40,838 nucleotides of DNA from Macrostomum lignano. Its lineage: Eukaryota. Both the position numbers and the translations under genes were made by a program. How positions within the stretch are numbered: position 1 is the first letter of the stretch; each line of letters begins with the position of its first letter. Below are positions 1 through 12,600 of this stretch, piece by piece. The stretch is taken from assembly GCA_002269645.1 (NCBI GenBank), contig NIVC01002105.1, positions 1 to 40,838 of the forward strand, written 5' to 3'. The notes beneath the pieces were generated by a model. That model did no database searches and was not told the origin of the DNA. It worked only from the letters and a program-made list of their open reading frames with translations.

Positions 1-222
1 TCTTTCCCCAGTGGCGCACTCCACCCCTCCTCGTCTTATCTAATTACACTCAAACCCCTAAATATTTAATCTGTTTTCTCTCCCTCTCTGTCTAGTTCAA
101 TCATGTTATTTGTTATCTCTCTCTCCCTCGCTGACTTCTGATTGGCTCTCCGTTCTCGCCTCTTTCCTCAGTCGCGCATTTCACCCCTCCTCGTCTTATC
201 TAATCACACTGAAACCCCTAAA
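1..222. repeat. Imperfect direct repeat, ~62 bp, two copies 160 bp apart (1-62 and 161-222)
   Basis: tctttccccagtggcgcactccacccctcctcgtcttatctaattacactcaaacccctaaa vs tctttcctcagtcgcgcatttcacccctcctcgtcttatctaatcacactgaaacccctaaa. May be the end of a longer array cut by the window edge. Confidence 0.75.
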
Positions 223-1958
223 CAAATGCCTTAAATACACAGATTTAGGCCTACCTGTCTGACTCCTGGTTATTTAGTTCAGTTTGTTTCAACATAAATT
301 AAATACTATGAGTAAATAGTTCACTTGTTTTCTATATTCCTGTTTTTGGGAAAGTTTGTACACTTCTGATTAAATATGCCTGACTGACTATCGGCATCGC
401 ATGATGCAGTGGAATTGTCAGACAGACGGGCTTCAGTCAGCCCAGAAGGTGATTGACGCATTGACCAGCTATGGATGATTGTGATCCAGCATTAATTGCA
501 AATTTAATGATCCCTCTGGCGTTTTTTATTGCACCTGCTGCGTGTTATTTTTAGGGAATCTGTTTTCTTGCGTTGGCGCTCATGATCGACTCGTTGTATT
601 GAATCGAATTGATTTGAATTTCTCTTAATTTGCACTTTAACAGCGGCTCACTTCCATTGGGGTCCTTTGCTATCCGGCTCTTGACTGTCCTTTCTGAGTT
701 CCTTTCCGCACAGATTGCGTAGATCGATGCCAGATTTAGCATTCCATGCCATGCTCTTTGAAGCCCCTCATTTCTAATCCGCATCGCATGCCTGTGTAGG
801 GTAGTGACAGCGTTTGCGGCCAAGTTAATCGAATAAAGCTCCTTTCGGAGTTCACTTAGTTGCATATAGTAATGCACAGAAGCAGCTTCCTGTGATCTCT
901 TTAATTCGCCCGAACCCGCTTCATTACTTCCTGGCTGTAGCGCCAGCTGTTTTGTCATCCTCCGCTTAACTGGCTAACAATGAATATTCTGTCCCAGCTG
1001 CTCCGCCGAACGGCAAAGAGAGAGACACTGCCCACCTCAGGGTTGGGCGCACAGGGGCTGGAAGTCGAGTTCTAGGAAAGCTGCTCTGTCGGCGGGTTAT
1101 TGGCTTGCAGGGTGCGGCCACTCTCCATCTCCCGTTCCGAGTTTAATTTCTGAGCCAAGCCCGTAGCTTAGTCCCGCCCTGAGCTCACATGCAGTGATCT
1201 GCCTATGCATCAGACTAGTGCTCAGCCCGGTGCCCCAGCGCCTATCGACTTTCAACTAGCGTGAGTTTCAAGCCTCCTTATTTGTTCCGTTTCTGTTCCT
1301 CCTGACATCGCATGCAGACGGTCTGTGTTTGCTTTGGGGACAGGCGAGAGCGCGTATCCTGCCATGCTTGATAGATAGATTACTGGCATCAGATTGAAGG
1401 CATCCAGGGTTTTCAGTACAGATGTTATGATTACCTGTCATGCAAAGTTCTACGCTCGTATAAACATCATGTTGGTGCAATTATCAACGTCAATTGAAAC
1501 GTCAATTTCGCTGACCCTGAGCACGCACCGCGGCCCTGACTTTCTCGTGGCCAGATCTGTACCCGCTCTGTGCCATTGGGTTTGGCTCTAGTGGGCGTAA
1601 ATCGCCCAACAAACACCGGGCCAGTTTTTGCGCACGAATCCCAAACTATACACTCGTATTGATGCAGGCCGCCCCTTGCAGTGCATGTCTCCGTGCAACT
1701 TCTAGAACTTTCAGAAACGGCAAACAAGTCTAGAATGGCAGAGTTTGACTCAACTAGGTTCCTAGATGCTGCCTTTCTTTATACTCATGACTCATCATGA
1801 GCTTTACTCATGCAGTTGATAACTCATGAGGCTGGTCAGTAATTAAAAAATCAATGCGATACGTACTGTGGCGTCTTATCAGTTATTGCAACAGCGAAGC
1901 AGCCTGGATTGCTAGTTAACCTGAAGCCTCTTTCCAACCTCAGGGCCCAGACGCAGCC

Positions 1959-4929
1959 ATGGCGGACATGCAGGCCACGCCGTACGAGTTGCAGATGCGG
2001 CGATTCAGCTTCGCTGTGCTCGGCGTCACCGGAACCTCTGTGAGCTGCGCCGGCATTCTGGCCAATCTGACCGCTCTCACCGTTCTTGTGCAGCGCTCCA
2101 GGATCCGCTACAACACCCGCTTGTACCTGTGCGCCCTGGCCATCGCGGACAGTCTCGTGCTGCTCTCCTCTCTGGTCATCTTCATCAAGGACACGTCGAC
2201 GCAGTTCCACGTGGCCGAGCCCTTCGTCTGGCTGGGCTGGTCGGCCCTGCCTCACGCGTACATCTATATCCATGCGCTTAGTCAGGTGTTTCAGGTAAAG
2301 GCATACTACTCGTAAGTGTCTCAGCATAGTTCAATCATAGTCGTCTGCGTCAGTCTAGCAGCTGCACTCGTCCCACTCTTTCGCTTCTGAGTTTTTTGTC
2401 TCTCGCTTGCATAACATGTACTTGTACATATGCCTATTCGAATTCCAGACTCAGGCACGCTGTTTGCGCTAAAATCCCTCATCAAAAATCATCCGCGCAT
2501 CGCCCTGGGGGCTGAGACGTGAGCTCTCTTCGGGAACTTATGCCAAGGATAAGCATCAGTTCTTAGTGTCTAGGCGGGCCGGGCTATCACACCCATCGCC
2601 TCTTCCCTGCTCCCCTGATCCTTCGCCCCAGCGCCCTCATCGCGGATGTCACAGCAATTTAGCGGACTGGCCCGCTGACGACGTCACGTGTGACTTGGCA
2701 CGAGCTGGCGAGATTCTTCCCGGGGGAATTCCTCCGGAACGGGAACTGTAGCAGAGCTACTGTGTATATGCAGGCTCGGTTCCGGAAAGGCATGATCCAT
2801 TCATTCGCTAAGCAAACCCGGCCCGAAGCCATTCACTTCCCGTTGAGTTGGGGGCAGGGAGACGGACGCTCTGTGGTGCTTTCTCGAAATATAACGACTG
2901 GCTGGTTCCATTTGAGATAGAAGAATATTGATGCGAATTGGCCATACTGAGGCTGAGTAAATTTTAGTTAAGCAAACTTTTTTCTAGCTTTCAATGCACC
3001 TCGGAAGTAAAATATTCGTAAAAAAACTCTTCCGACTAGCACAGATTAAAAAGCATGTACCTTTTACCCGTCTAGCTTTGGCATTGGCTTTGATTTTGAA
3101 ATGTTGAAAAAATTGGAAGCATTTGAAAAATTAGCATTTGGCTGTTTTTTTGAACTGCCTGCAAATTTCTCGCGCAAGTTTCCGTGGCTAAAATTTTCAC
3201 AGGGAAGCCCGGTAGTCCGAAGCCCTTCACGAATCCCGAGCAGTACTTGCTCACTCATTCTTAGAAACATTCCTACAATTTGCTCAACATTTCTTTGTTA
3301 TTTGGTTTATTTACGAGGGGGGGGGGTTCAAAATTTTTTGTCGTGCACATAATCGTTCGCATTTGAACTCAACTTTAAATTTTCACCATGGTCCTCCTGG
3401 CAATCAATGCACATCTGCCGTCGGTCGCGCAGCACCCGGATGCCGCTGGTTGGCGAGGGTGATTGACTGTCCATTTCGCTGAAAATCCGATGGGGGGTTC
3501 TTGGAATTCATGTAAAAAGATACACTTAAAAAGACATAAAAACGCTGTATCCTATATATTCCATTCTAAAGTTATTTTACTATGCCTAAAAATTATCAAA
3601 GAAGCTTTTTAACTGGCCGAACGACAAAAACCTTTTGAACCCCCCCCTTCGAGGCAGCATTGCCACACTGACCAAGGTAGCCACCAAATTGGATCTGCCA
3701 AGCGATTAAAATAGATCAATTCCAGAAAGAACTCTTAAACTTCTGAGAAATAAAAAAGAATTTAGTGTGAATCCAAATTCTTTGCGCATTGCTTCATCAC
3801 ACGTCTTGAGTGTCTTAGGTCTTGGCCGCCATGGATGCTGAACCCCAAGTCAAGTCCAGGGACACCATCCTAGATCTTACATCTTACTAAGGATGCCCAT
3901 CTCCGCCGTCTGGTTGCTCAGGTTATGTCAAACTGGCTGACCGTGGCGCTGACGGCAGACCGCTACGTGATGATCTGCCACCGCCTTGCTGGCGACCGAC
4001 ACTGCACCCGACGCACCACCCACGTGGCCGTGGTGCTGATTGTGGTCTGCGCCTTTCTAATCGGCCTGCCTCGCTTTTTTGAGTATACTCTCTTCACCAA
4101 CGATATGAAGCTTTTCTACCTGAACAGCACGCATCAGGACAACAGCAGCAAGCTGCTCGGGCAGGTGATGGAGCCGCTGTCAGTCTCCAAGCTGCAGTGG
4201 TACATTATCTCACCTGTCGGATCGTCTGGAGCCTTCCGCATTGGCTACCACCTGATAGTATGGCTGCTGCTGGTGGTTCTCGGTCCGCTGCTCTGCATTG
4301 GCATCATGAACGCGCTGCTTATGTGTGAGATGCGGCGCGCCGGCGCCATCCGAGGCGCCGGAGCCGTGCGCATCGATCGGCGTGACAGAGGTAGCGGCGG
4401 CGGCCGTGACGGCGGTCGCGGCGTCTCTTCTGGTCGTCGCGACACGAACCGGATGCTGGTGGCGGTGGTTTTTTTCTTCATATTCTGCCAGACGCCGGCT
4501 GCCGTGCACCACATTCTGTGGCCCTTCGCCAACCTGTCGGAGCCGGACTCGCCCACTGCCGTGCCGCATCTGGCGTGGCCGCTCGCCAATCTGTCCAGCA
4601 CTCAAGAGTCGCAATCCGGGGTGCACCACATCCTGTGGCCCTTCGCCAACATGACCGGCATGGAGACGCCCGCTCCGGTTCGGTCCAAGCTCAGCCCCGG
4701 CTTCGTCTGCTTTGGCGACGTAGCCAACCTGCTCGTGATCCTCAACTCCGCCTGCAACATCCTACTCTACTACTCGTTCAGTAGGCAGTTCCGCGCCGCG
4801 CTCTACCGCCTCTGCTGTCCAGCCGTGGCCAGAAAACTCCTACCCGCCGGCCGGAGGCAGCGCCGTCACCGGCGTCGCCGAATGTCATCGGCAGCGGCGG
4901 GAGGGGAAGCCGCCACCCGCCGGCTATGA
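1959..4929 (+). CDS. Class A GPCR, FMRFamide/sex-peptide/myosuppressin-receptor-like; join(1959..2294,3922..4929), ~447 aa
   Basis: Exon 1 encodes TM1-TM2 (GILANLTAL, YLCALAIADSLVL) and ends FQ/gtaaag. Exon 2 starts ctcag/GTT ATG (phase 0), giving TM3 HALSQVFQVMSNWLTVALTADRYVMICH. Also TM4 LPRFFEY, TM6 FFFIFCQTPAA and TM7 NSACNILLY. The CQxP and Nx(L)LY variants are typical of this invertebrate peptide-receptor family. Confidence 0.9.
3314..3651. mobile_element. Mariner/Tc1-like MITE in the GPCR intron
   Basis: Left end TA+CGAGGGGGGGGGGTTCAAAATTTTTTGTCG; right end CGACAAAAACCTTTTGAACCCCCCCCTTCG (~28-bp imperfect TIR). Non-coding interior. Right-hand TA not retained. Confidence 0.6.
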
Positions 4930-5752
4930 TGCTGATGGTGCAGCCGCCCGAGTGGCGAGTGCGGCAACCGTGGCGCCACCATCGAGCCATTCCACTGGCC
5001 GGTGGCAGTCCGAACGACTGAGGAAACGAGCTGGGCAGTTTGACGCGTGAAACGCATTGAAACCGGATAAATAGCGAGTTCGCTTCTTTTAAAACTGAAT
5101 TTTTCTGACGGAGAACCCGACACAACCGTTGAATTATCTCATCGTTCATAAATGTTGTTGACGCGAATATGCGGAGCTAAATTTATCTTTGTGAAAATTC
5201 CTTTATGGCTGGGTATTCTTAGCTCATAAAAACATTGGACAGAGTGCGACCTTTTTGTCCCGGGGATAAGATGCGATAGCCGTATTGCTTGGAGTGTTTT
5301 TGTCGTGGTACTTGTTGTATGAGTGCAATCGAAATTGAGCAGCTGACCAAACAAGCCACGTTTCAACCTGCGTCATAATCAACTTTTTTGTCTTTTTTAC
5401 GCCCATTGTGTTCACCTCATTGGACAACAGTTCAAGTCTTGTTCGTATTAATTCGAAGGTTTATCGCAGCTCTTGGCACCAAACCCGTCCCGTTGTTTCG
5501 CTGCTTGTGTTTGCACCTGTTTAGTGTTAGCGTTGCTAGTGTTTAGTGTTACTGCTAGCACAACTATAGTGTTAAGCGTAAACAATATTAGAAACAGTCG
5601 ATGTTTTACACGCAGCTGCGTCTCACGCACTTATTTTCAACATAGGCTTTTAGCAGTCATTGTTCCAATAATGCGTTTCTTTGATGTTTACTATTAGTAC
5701 AAAAAGCGCTACTCTGTTTGATTAATTTTCAGCACTCCTTCGTGTTGACTGA

Positions 5753-6105
5753 CTTGCTATTGACCATTAGCTTGCTAGTGACCATTAGCTTGCTAGTGAC
5801 CATTAGCTTGCTAGTGACCATTAGCTTGCTAGTGACCATTAGCTTGCTAGTGACCATTAGCTTGCTAGTGACCATTAGCTTGCTAGTGACCATTAGCTTG
5901 CTAGTGACCATTAGCTTGCTAGTGACCATTAGCTTGCTACTGACCATTAGCTTGCTACTGACCATTAGCTTGCTAGTGACCTTTAGCTTGCTAGTGACCA
6001 TTAGCTTGCTAGTGACCATTAGATTGCTAGTGACCATTAGCTTGCTACTGACCATTAGCTTGCTAGTGACCATTAGCTTGCTACTGACCATTAGCTTGCT
6101 ATTGA
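5753..6105. repeat. 18-bp minisatellite (TGACCATTAGCTTGCTAG), ~19.5 copies
   Basis: Direct inspection. It explains the LLVTIS and MVTSKL repeat ORFs on both strands. Confidence 0.97.
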
Positions 6106-6698
6106 ACGTCAAATTGTTATTAAAGCTTAGGAATGATTTTGTTATTAGCTTGGTTTCTGGCTTTTGTGCAGTATTTCAAAATTTTCAAAATAAATTACTG
6201 ATAATAGAGTAGCATTTCGTGATTTTATCTTATTTCTTTTGATCTACGAGAAGTCATGGCCTGAAGAAATTCAAACTTCGAGTAGCTTTCAACTTAGCTT
6301 CTGGTTTCAATGTCTTCCATCGGTCACATTGCAAATGAAATGAGTGAAGCATCTTTTTTGTTCCATTTGCCACACAGTTCGATTCGATGCTGGGCAAAGG
6401 TATCAATACTACTCATCCCTAGTAGTAAGAGTTTGACAGAAGTTTTAAAAATATTTTTTAGATAATAGTTTCAATAATCCAGTGGTGTAAGTTCGGTGAA
6501 AATCGGTGGAGATGTTTTTTCTGAAAACCGATCATACAGCCGGCCGTATGCATGTGCAGCTTCAGGTGCTCAACTGTCTGTAGATGAAACATAATGACAA
6601 TGTGCTGATGCAATGCCTTACATTCGGGTTCGATACCTCTAGTTAGTAATTTTAACCATGGCGACAGCTCACCCGTAGCCAGTGAACGGGAAATTAGC

Positions 6699-6913
6699 CA
6701 TGCCCAAGGATGATCAACGATAGCTTCCAAGGATGTGTACATCACCCTTAGTCATGCCCAAGGATGATCAACAATGGCTTCCAAGGATGTGTACATCACC
6801 CTTAGTCATGCCCAAGGATGATCAACAATAGCTTCCAAGGATGTGTACATCACCCTTAGTCATGCCCAAGGATGATCAACAATAGCTTCCAAGGATGTGT
6901 ATATCATCCTTAG
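6699..6913. repeat. 54-bp tandem repeat, 4 copies; a further partial copy lies at 7762-7792
   Basis: Unit CATGCCCAAGGATGATCAACAATAGCTTCCAAGGATGTGTACATCACCCTTAGT starts at 6699, 6753, 6807 and 6861. Each unit has two CCAAGGATG halves. Confidence 0.95.
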
Positions 6914-6925
6914 ATCAACAATAGC

Positions 6926-7759
6926 ATACTTGCTGTTCCAGGCGGTGATCGAGACCGTCCTGCTGTACAACGCCGAGACCTGGACGCTGACGGAGTCGCT
7001 CGAACAGCAGGTTGATGCGGCGCACGCTGGCCTGCTACGCGCCGCCTTCAAGATCAGCTACGAGCGAGTCACCAATGCGGCACTCTATCTCCGCACCGGC
7101 CTGTTCCACCCCCAGTGAAGTGTTGCGCCGTCGGCGAATGCAGCTGCCAGGCCATATTATCCGAGCTGAGTCGTACTGTCCACAGCCGGTGCAGGAGGTG
7201 CTGCTGCTGACGCTGCAGGCACCCTACCGGCGGGGGCAGGCGCGCACTCGGCGTTTCGTCGACTCCCTGCTGCTGGCCCCGGCGGTGCGGCCTACATTCG
7301 CGCCCAGGCCCTTAAACGCGCCTGGTGACATTGTCCCACACTTGATTTTTTTTTTTTTACAGGCAGGGGGGTTGTGTGCACCCTGGCGCAATTTAAGCGA
7401 CATTGTCACACAACCGGCGAGAGGCATTACTGCCCATTCCGCCGACTCCCCTGAGCAGGCATACAAGCGCGCGGATACGTTACGCAGGCACACACTCACA
7501 CAGGAGTGTACAGCGGCCCTAACTTTATCAATTGTTAGGCATGTACACTTCACTGCGCCTTGGGGGGGGGGGGTTGGCTCTCAAGGCCGTTAATTGCACA
7601 AGCGAACCAAGCCAAGATTCCAATCCAGCCCCAAATTAATGTGGCTGCACTTGGAATCGAGCCTGGGTTGCGGCACACCAGAGCAGCTGCGCTACCGCTG
7701 GGCTACGGCCCCCGCCCACACTTGATTGGCTGACAATGTTTTTTGTTGTTGTTGTTGTT
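6926..7759 (+). mobile_element. 5'-truncated RTE-clade-like non-LTR retrotransposon (post-RT C-terminal region, 3' UTR, (TGT)n tail), interrupted by a SINE
   Basis: Translation LLFQAVIETVLLYNAETWTLT...LLRAAFKIS..VTNAALY, a frameshift near 7110, then LRRRRMQLPGHIIR...RRGQARTRRFVDSL. This matches the VLLYG.ETW / RRR...GH / RGRP..RW motif series of RTE-type LINEs. The element ends in tgttgttgttgtt. Confidence 0.75.
7348..7714 (-). mobile_element. tRNA-derived SINE with poly(A) tail and 13-bp target-site duplication
   Basis: Minus-strand head GGGGCCGTAGCCCAGCGG (A box) ... GGCTCGATTCC (B-box-like). Poly(T) on + at ~7346-7358. TSD CCCACACTTGATT at 7335-7347 and 7715-7727. Confidence 0.85.
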
Positions 7760-9616
7760 CGAAGGATGTGCACGTCATCCTTAGTCATGCCCCTCTCGCT
7801 GACCTCTCAGTACGCACACGCACACCGATACGTACGCAGGCACACGCTCACACAGACTGTACAGCGGCCTTGACTTTTAATCATCGGCCATGTACACTCT
7901 CTGCTCCTTGAGGGTTGACCTTCCTGGACGAGGGTCGCACAAGCCCCAGGGCCAATGTTTTGTACCGAGCCTTGGTACTTTGGCCTGGGGAGAGCTAGAC
8001 GGACGCCGCTAGAGCTTCTCTGCCCAGCGTACAAGTGCATAATAAATAGCAAAATGCATAAATCGCCCAGCCACAAAAATAAAGATACATGTACATGAGC
8101 GTCAAAGTCCACACTGTTGTTTTCTGTGGGCTTTAAAACAAAAAAATACAAGCTAGTAGCGAAGTTCTTGCACATAGATATATTTCAGTGGCGCCACGGT
8201 GAGCGAGAAGTCTCATTATGCAATAAAGCGGTGCTATCAGCGTGGGGGCCGAAGGTCACCATCAACTCTATCGCTAAGCAAGAAATCAACACTGGCAAGG
8301 TCAGTTGCAACAAAATCTTGGGTCGGAGCTACGAGTATTTTTAGACTAAATTAGTATGTGCATGACAGGATTATGTACACTGGGAACTTCAGACACTCTG
8401 CATGCTCATAACGTGTAAAACAAGCAGCTGGGATATTCATTGACGGATTCGAGCTCAATTCAATGGAAACTGTAAGAAATTCGAGTATAAGGAAAGGAAA
8501 CAAACACAACAGCAAATGGGTTGAGAATGTAAAAAAAGCAAGAAGATAAACATCGTTATGTATGCTTAAGAATTCTGGTCAGTTCGACCTCTGCTTTTAG
8601 CTTGACTGCTTGGATTTCTTAATACCATGTTGCCGGATGCGATCCCACAGCCTAGTGAGCGCAGTGCAAACAGGCGCAGATGGGACACGGGGATCCTTTG
8701 ACGGGTCTGGGCTAATTAATACCCGTCTGAATATTCTTATTTCACATCCGCTGTGTGGGCAACGAACTGCTAAAAGTACCACTTGACGAAGCGAAGGTGA
8801 TTGGAGAGTGCTAGCAGGGCCACAGAGAAACCGCGGCTGTCAATCAAGCGGTCCTGAGCACGTTCTATTCTCTAGCCTCGAACTCTGGTTCACCCTCTCC
8901 TCCTGCCCTCTATCTGCCTCAGGAGCGCGCAGGAAATTAGCTTGGCTGGATATCCTCGCATTGGTGACTAATAGGGCCCGGCTGTCTGTGTGAGCGATGC
9001 GCAACTCGCTCTCCGGCCAGGGCCAACTCTCCGCATTTGCTCTCCCTCTCTCTCCGGCTTTGCCCGCATTTCGTCGCCGCAAATCCCGGGAATTTCCGAA
9101 CTGCCGCGCGCTCGCTCCGAAATGGCGCGCAAAGCCGTCCCAATTATCCGCGCCTCTCCGGCTGCCGCCTCACCGTCTGGCATTTGAGGATCCTTCGACC
9201 AGAACAGAACTTTGGTGGGAAGCCGGCAGACGGGGATCTGGAGGCGCGTGATAGCTGATCGCCGCTTAGCCGCCGAGATCAAGGCGAAATGTCTGCCGCT
9301 TCCCAGCTGCCTAAGCCCCCTGCCTGACTTGACGCCTACTTTACTAGGCTTTATGGCCCGTCTGAGCTGATGCTAGAGCAAATCTGCAGACTGAGCAAAG
9401 GAGGCCGTCTAAATCGAAGAAGGGAGGATAACACAAAGCGGAGAGATGGAAGATAGATAGGGGCGGGACGAATGAAAACAGAGTCATGCGGTTCTACAAT
9501 CTGACTCGCAGTGCGGACTTTTATTGTCAACTGTGAAATCAACATCGACAACTCCGACTCCTCAATTTCTCTGCAGGAGCCCGCTATGCCAGAAGTCTTT
9601 GCGGCCACCGATTGAT

Positions 9617-12600
9617 TCAGCGGAAGCCTCGCCTTCGGTACCGACCAAATAGAATTTTGCTGAAGGCGTTCCTAAAGTCTGGAGAGAAGATCGTGTAGAT
9701 GATGGGATTGAGCAGGCTGTTCATGTAGCCCAGCCACAGGATCAGCGAGTGTCCATAGCCCGGGATGAGGCTGCGGCACTGGACACTGCGGAAAGGACAG
9801 ATCACCGCCCTCAGGAAGAAGGGGAACCAGCACACCAGAAAGCAGCCGGTGATGATTGCCAGGGTTCTCGCCGCCTTCCGCTCTCGTTTCTGCTCAAGCC
9901 GCTCCCTTCTCTGAGCGGCCCGGGACTGTGGAGTCTGCGGCGTCATCAGCAACGCCTGGCGACCATTGTGACTCCTGTCGCATTTGCCTCTGCCGCTGTT
10001 GCCTCGGTTGTTGCCGCCTCCACCGCTGCTTCCGCCACCGCCGCCGTTGCCGCCGCCGCCGCCTGAGTCGCCAGCGGGATCGCCATCAATGTCGTCATCG
10101 GCGTCAGGAGCGTCAGTATCTTCTCCGGCTGCTGAGTGACCGCCGCGACAGCCGCTGACAGACATAGGGATGGCGGTGGCGGTGGCGGACGTGGCCTGCG
10201 GGTGCTTGAAGGCCTTCTTCCGAATGCGCTTTCGAGCCGCTTGGTAGATGCGGATGTAGATGGCGATCATGAACAGCATGGGTAGGTAGAAGGCGCCCAC
10301 AGTGCTGAAAATGGTGTACAACCAGCCGTCGTTGATGTTGCACTCGCCTTTGCGGATCGCCCCTCGTCGCTTCTCCTCGTTCATGTACCTGGCCGGGATG
10401 CTGATGGCCATGCTGATCGCCCACATGGCGCCGATCATGAGGCCGATGCGCTTGCCGCTACGCACCCGAACGTAGTTGACATTGGTGACAGCCCAGTAGC
10501 GGTCAACCGCAATGCCTACGAGGTGCAGGATGGACGCCGTGCAGCACAGAATGTCGAAGCAGATCCACAGGTCGCACAGGTGGATACCTGCGCCGGGTGG
10601 GGAGGGGACTTCGAAAGCTTTAAATGTACTCTTAATTTGATACTTAAAAATAACTTAAACATGTTTGGGTGGGGCAAGACTCTAAAGTAATGGTTCAAGA
10701 ACGGACGAACATCCATGGTGGGATTTATTATTGGAGGGATCGAGGTCAAAAGTCAAAGTCCTCCCAAAGTCAAAGTGATTTAAAGTAACTATATTATAAC
10801 TATCCAGCCTCCCCGATGCAGTGGCAATCTTAGATCCGAGCGTCTAGCAGTGCTACGACTTTTTTGTATTTTTAGCACTTATTCAAAGCGCCACGGTTGC
10901 TGGCACAGCTGCTCCGAGAAAGTTCTTAGAAATATTAGTCCTTTCTAACAAGCTGGTCCGTAACGAATGCAAAATTCAGTGGGGTCTTTGCTTGATTCCG
11001 GATTAAGAAATCCTTTAGGCAACCATCTTGGCCACGGGATCGGAGACAGATTATCAATCCTTTAGCGTTTTGACTGTTCTCATGAATAAAACTGGCTAAT
11101 GTCCTTTTTCATAATCCACGCTTTGATGGAGTCATTGTTACTGATTTGATGGAGTCATTGTTACTGATTTGATGGAGTCGTTGTTACTGATTTGATTTAG
11201 TTATTGTTACTGATTTGATTTAGTCATTGTTACTGGTTTGATTGAGTCATTGTTACTGATTTGATTGAGTCGTTGTTACTGATTTGATGGAGTCGTTGTT
11301 ACTGATTTGATTTAGTCATTGTTACTGATTTGATTTAGTCATTGTTACTGATTTGATTGAGTCAGTGTTACTGATTTGATTTAGTCATTGTTACTGATTT
11401 GATTTAGTCATTGTTACTGATTTGATTGAGTCATTGTTACTGATTTGATTGAGTCGTTGTTACTGATTTGATTTAGTTATTGTTACTGATTTTATTTAGT
11501 CATTGTTACTGGTTTGATTGAGTCATTGTTACTGATTTGATTGAGTCATTGTTACTGATTTGATTGAGTCATTGTTACTGATTTGATTGAGTCATTGTTA
11601 CTGATTTGATTGAGTCATTGTTATTGGTTTTATAGAGCCATTTTTAATGCTTCGATGTAGTCATTTTTACCATTTAAAAAGATAATTGTATGCATTTCTT
11701 GCCAAAAGTTTTGAGCTAAAAAACCTGAGAGTTTCATCCCAAATCACGAAGCATAGAGTTGGGCGCACTAATATTTAGAAAAATGCTGTTGCTCAAGAAC
11801 ACAAACAATTTTCTTTGGGATTTGCTGGTGGTTGCGGGAGAAAAAAATCTGTAAACTCAAAAATCCCATATCAACAAGGCCGACTGGCTTCTTAATTCTG
11901 CCCTACTGCGCCACCAGCTGACAAATTCAGACAGCCGCTGCCAGCCCCCAGACAGTGTCACCGCGCATTAGCTCGCATGAGGGCCTCCCTGATAAGTGAT
12001 CTTCTTTTCCCATTCCGGCTGTCCCCATGCCCGCTTCCCTATTCCGTGAATGACTTCGATCCGCCTCTCTGCCTGCTGCTCAGAGTCTCCAAAGCGGGTT
12101 GGGCACGCGCGCGCGACAAAACAACTGATCGAAGCCTCCCCTGCTTGACTGCCTCCAGCCAGTCATTTCCCGCCAACCAGTGAGGAAGCAAATTTCTGGT
12201 AAAAATCCCCAAACTCAAAGTTGCGTAGGTCTGTCTTTTTGCAGAAATTTCCCCCATATCTAAAAGTGAGGGTGGCAGTTGCTGCGGGCCTTTCGTCTCC
12301 CGCTTAGCTGCCAGTTCAGAGGGAGGGCTCTTTCGATCAAGAAAGACTTTGGCTCCAGGCTTCCAATTTTCAAATGGGGCCCCGCCAGTTCGCGGTTTTC
12401 TCCCCTTTCCTGCTCTCACTCCCCTGCTCTCCCTCGGCAGGGCGGCAACTTTTCTGTCTGCTAATCTCCCTAGCATGCGAGAGGGTCTTACTGTTGTCAG
12501 GACCGAGAGAGAGGGAGAGGGGAAGGGGCAGAGCCGAGAGAAGCAACGGGAAGCTTCAGCTGTCATAAGCGGCCACGACGGTTGAAGACGAGCGCAGAGC

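Noticed and set aside
551-958. 135-aa minus-strand ORF
   Set aside because: No recognisable motif, no convincing splice context and no link to neighbouring genes. It cannot be supported without a search.
2295-2317. Alternative donor GTAAGT at 2312 and ORF end at 2315
   Set aside because: Only the donor at 2295 joins in phase to exon 2 and restores a canonical TM3.
4210-4784. Overlapping antisense and alternate-frame ORFs over the GPCR (similarly over 5-HT1 at 9749-10424)
   Set aside because: Expected shadows of GC-rich coding sequence.
5718-6212. LLVTIS / MVTSKL repeat proteins
   Set aside because: Translations of the 18-bp minisatellite; no independent coding evidence.
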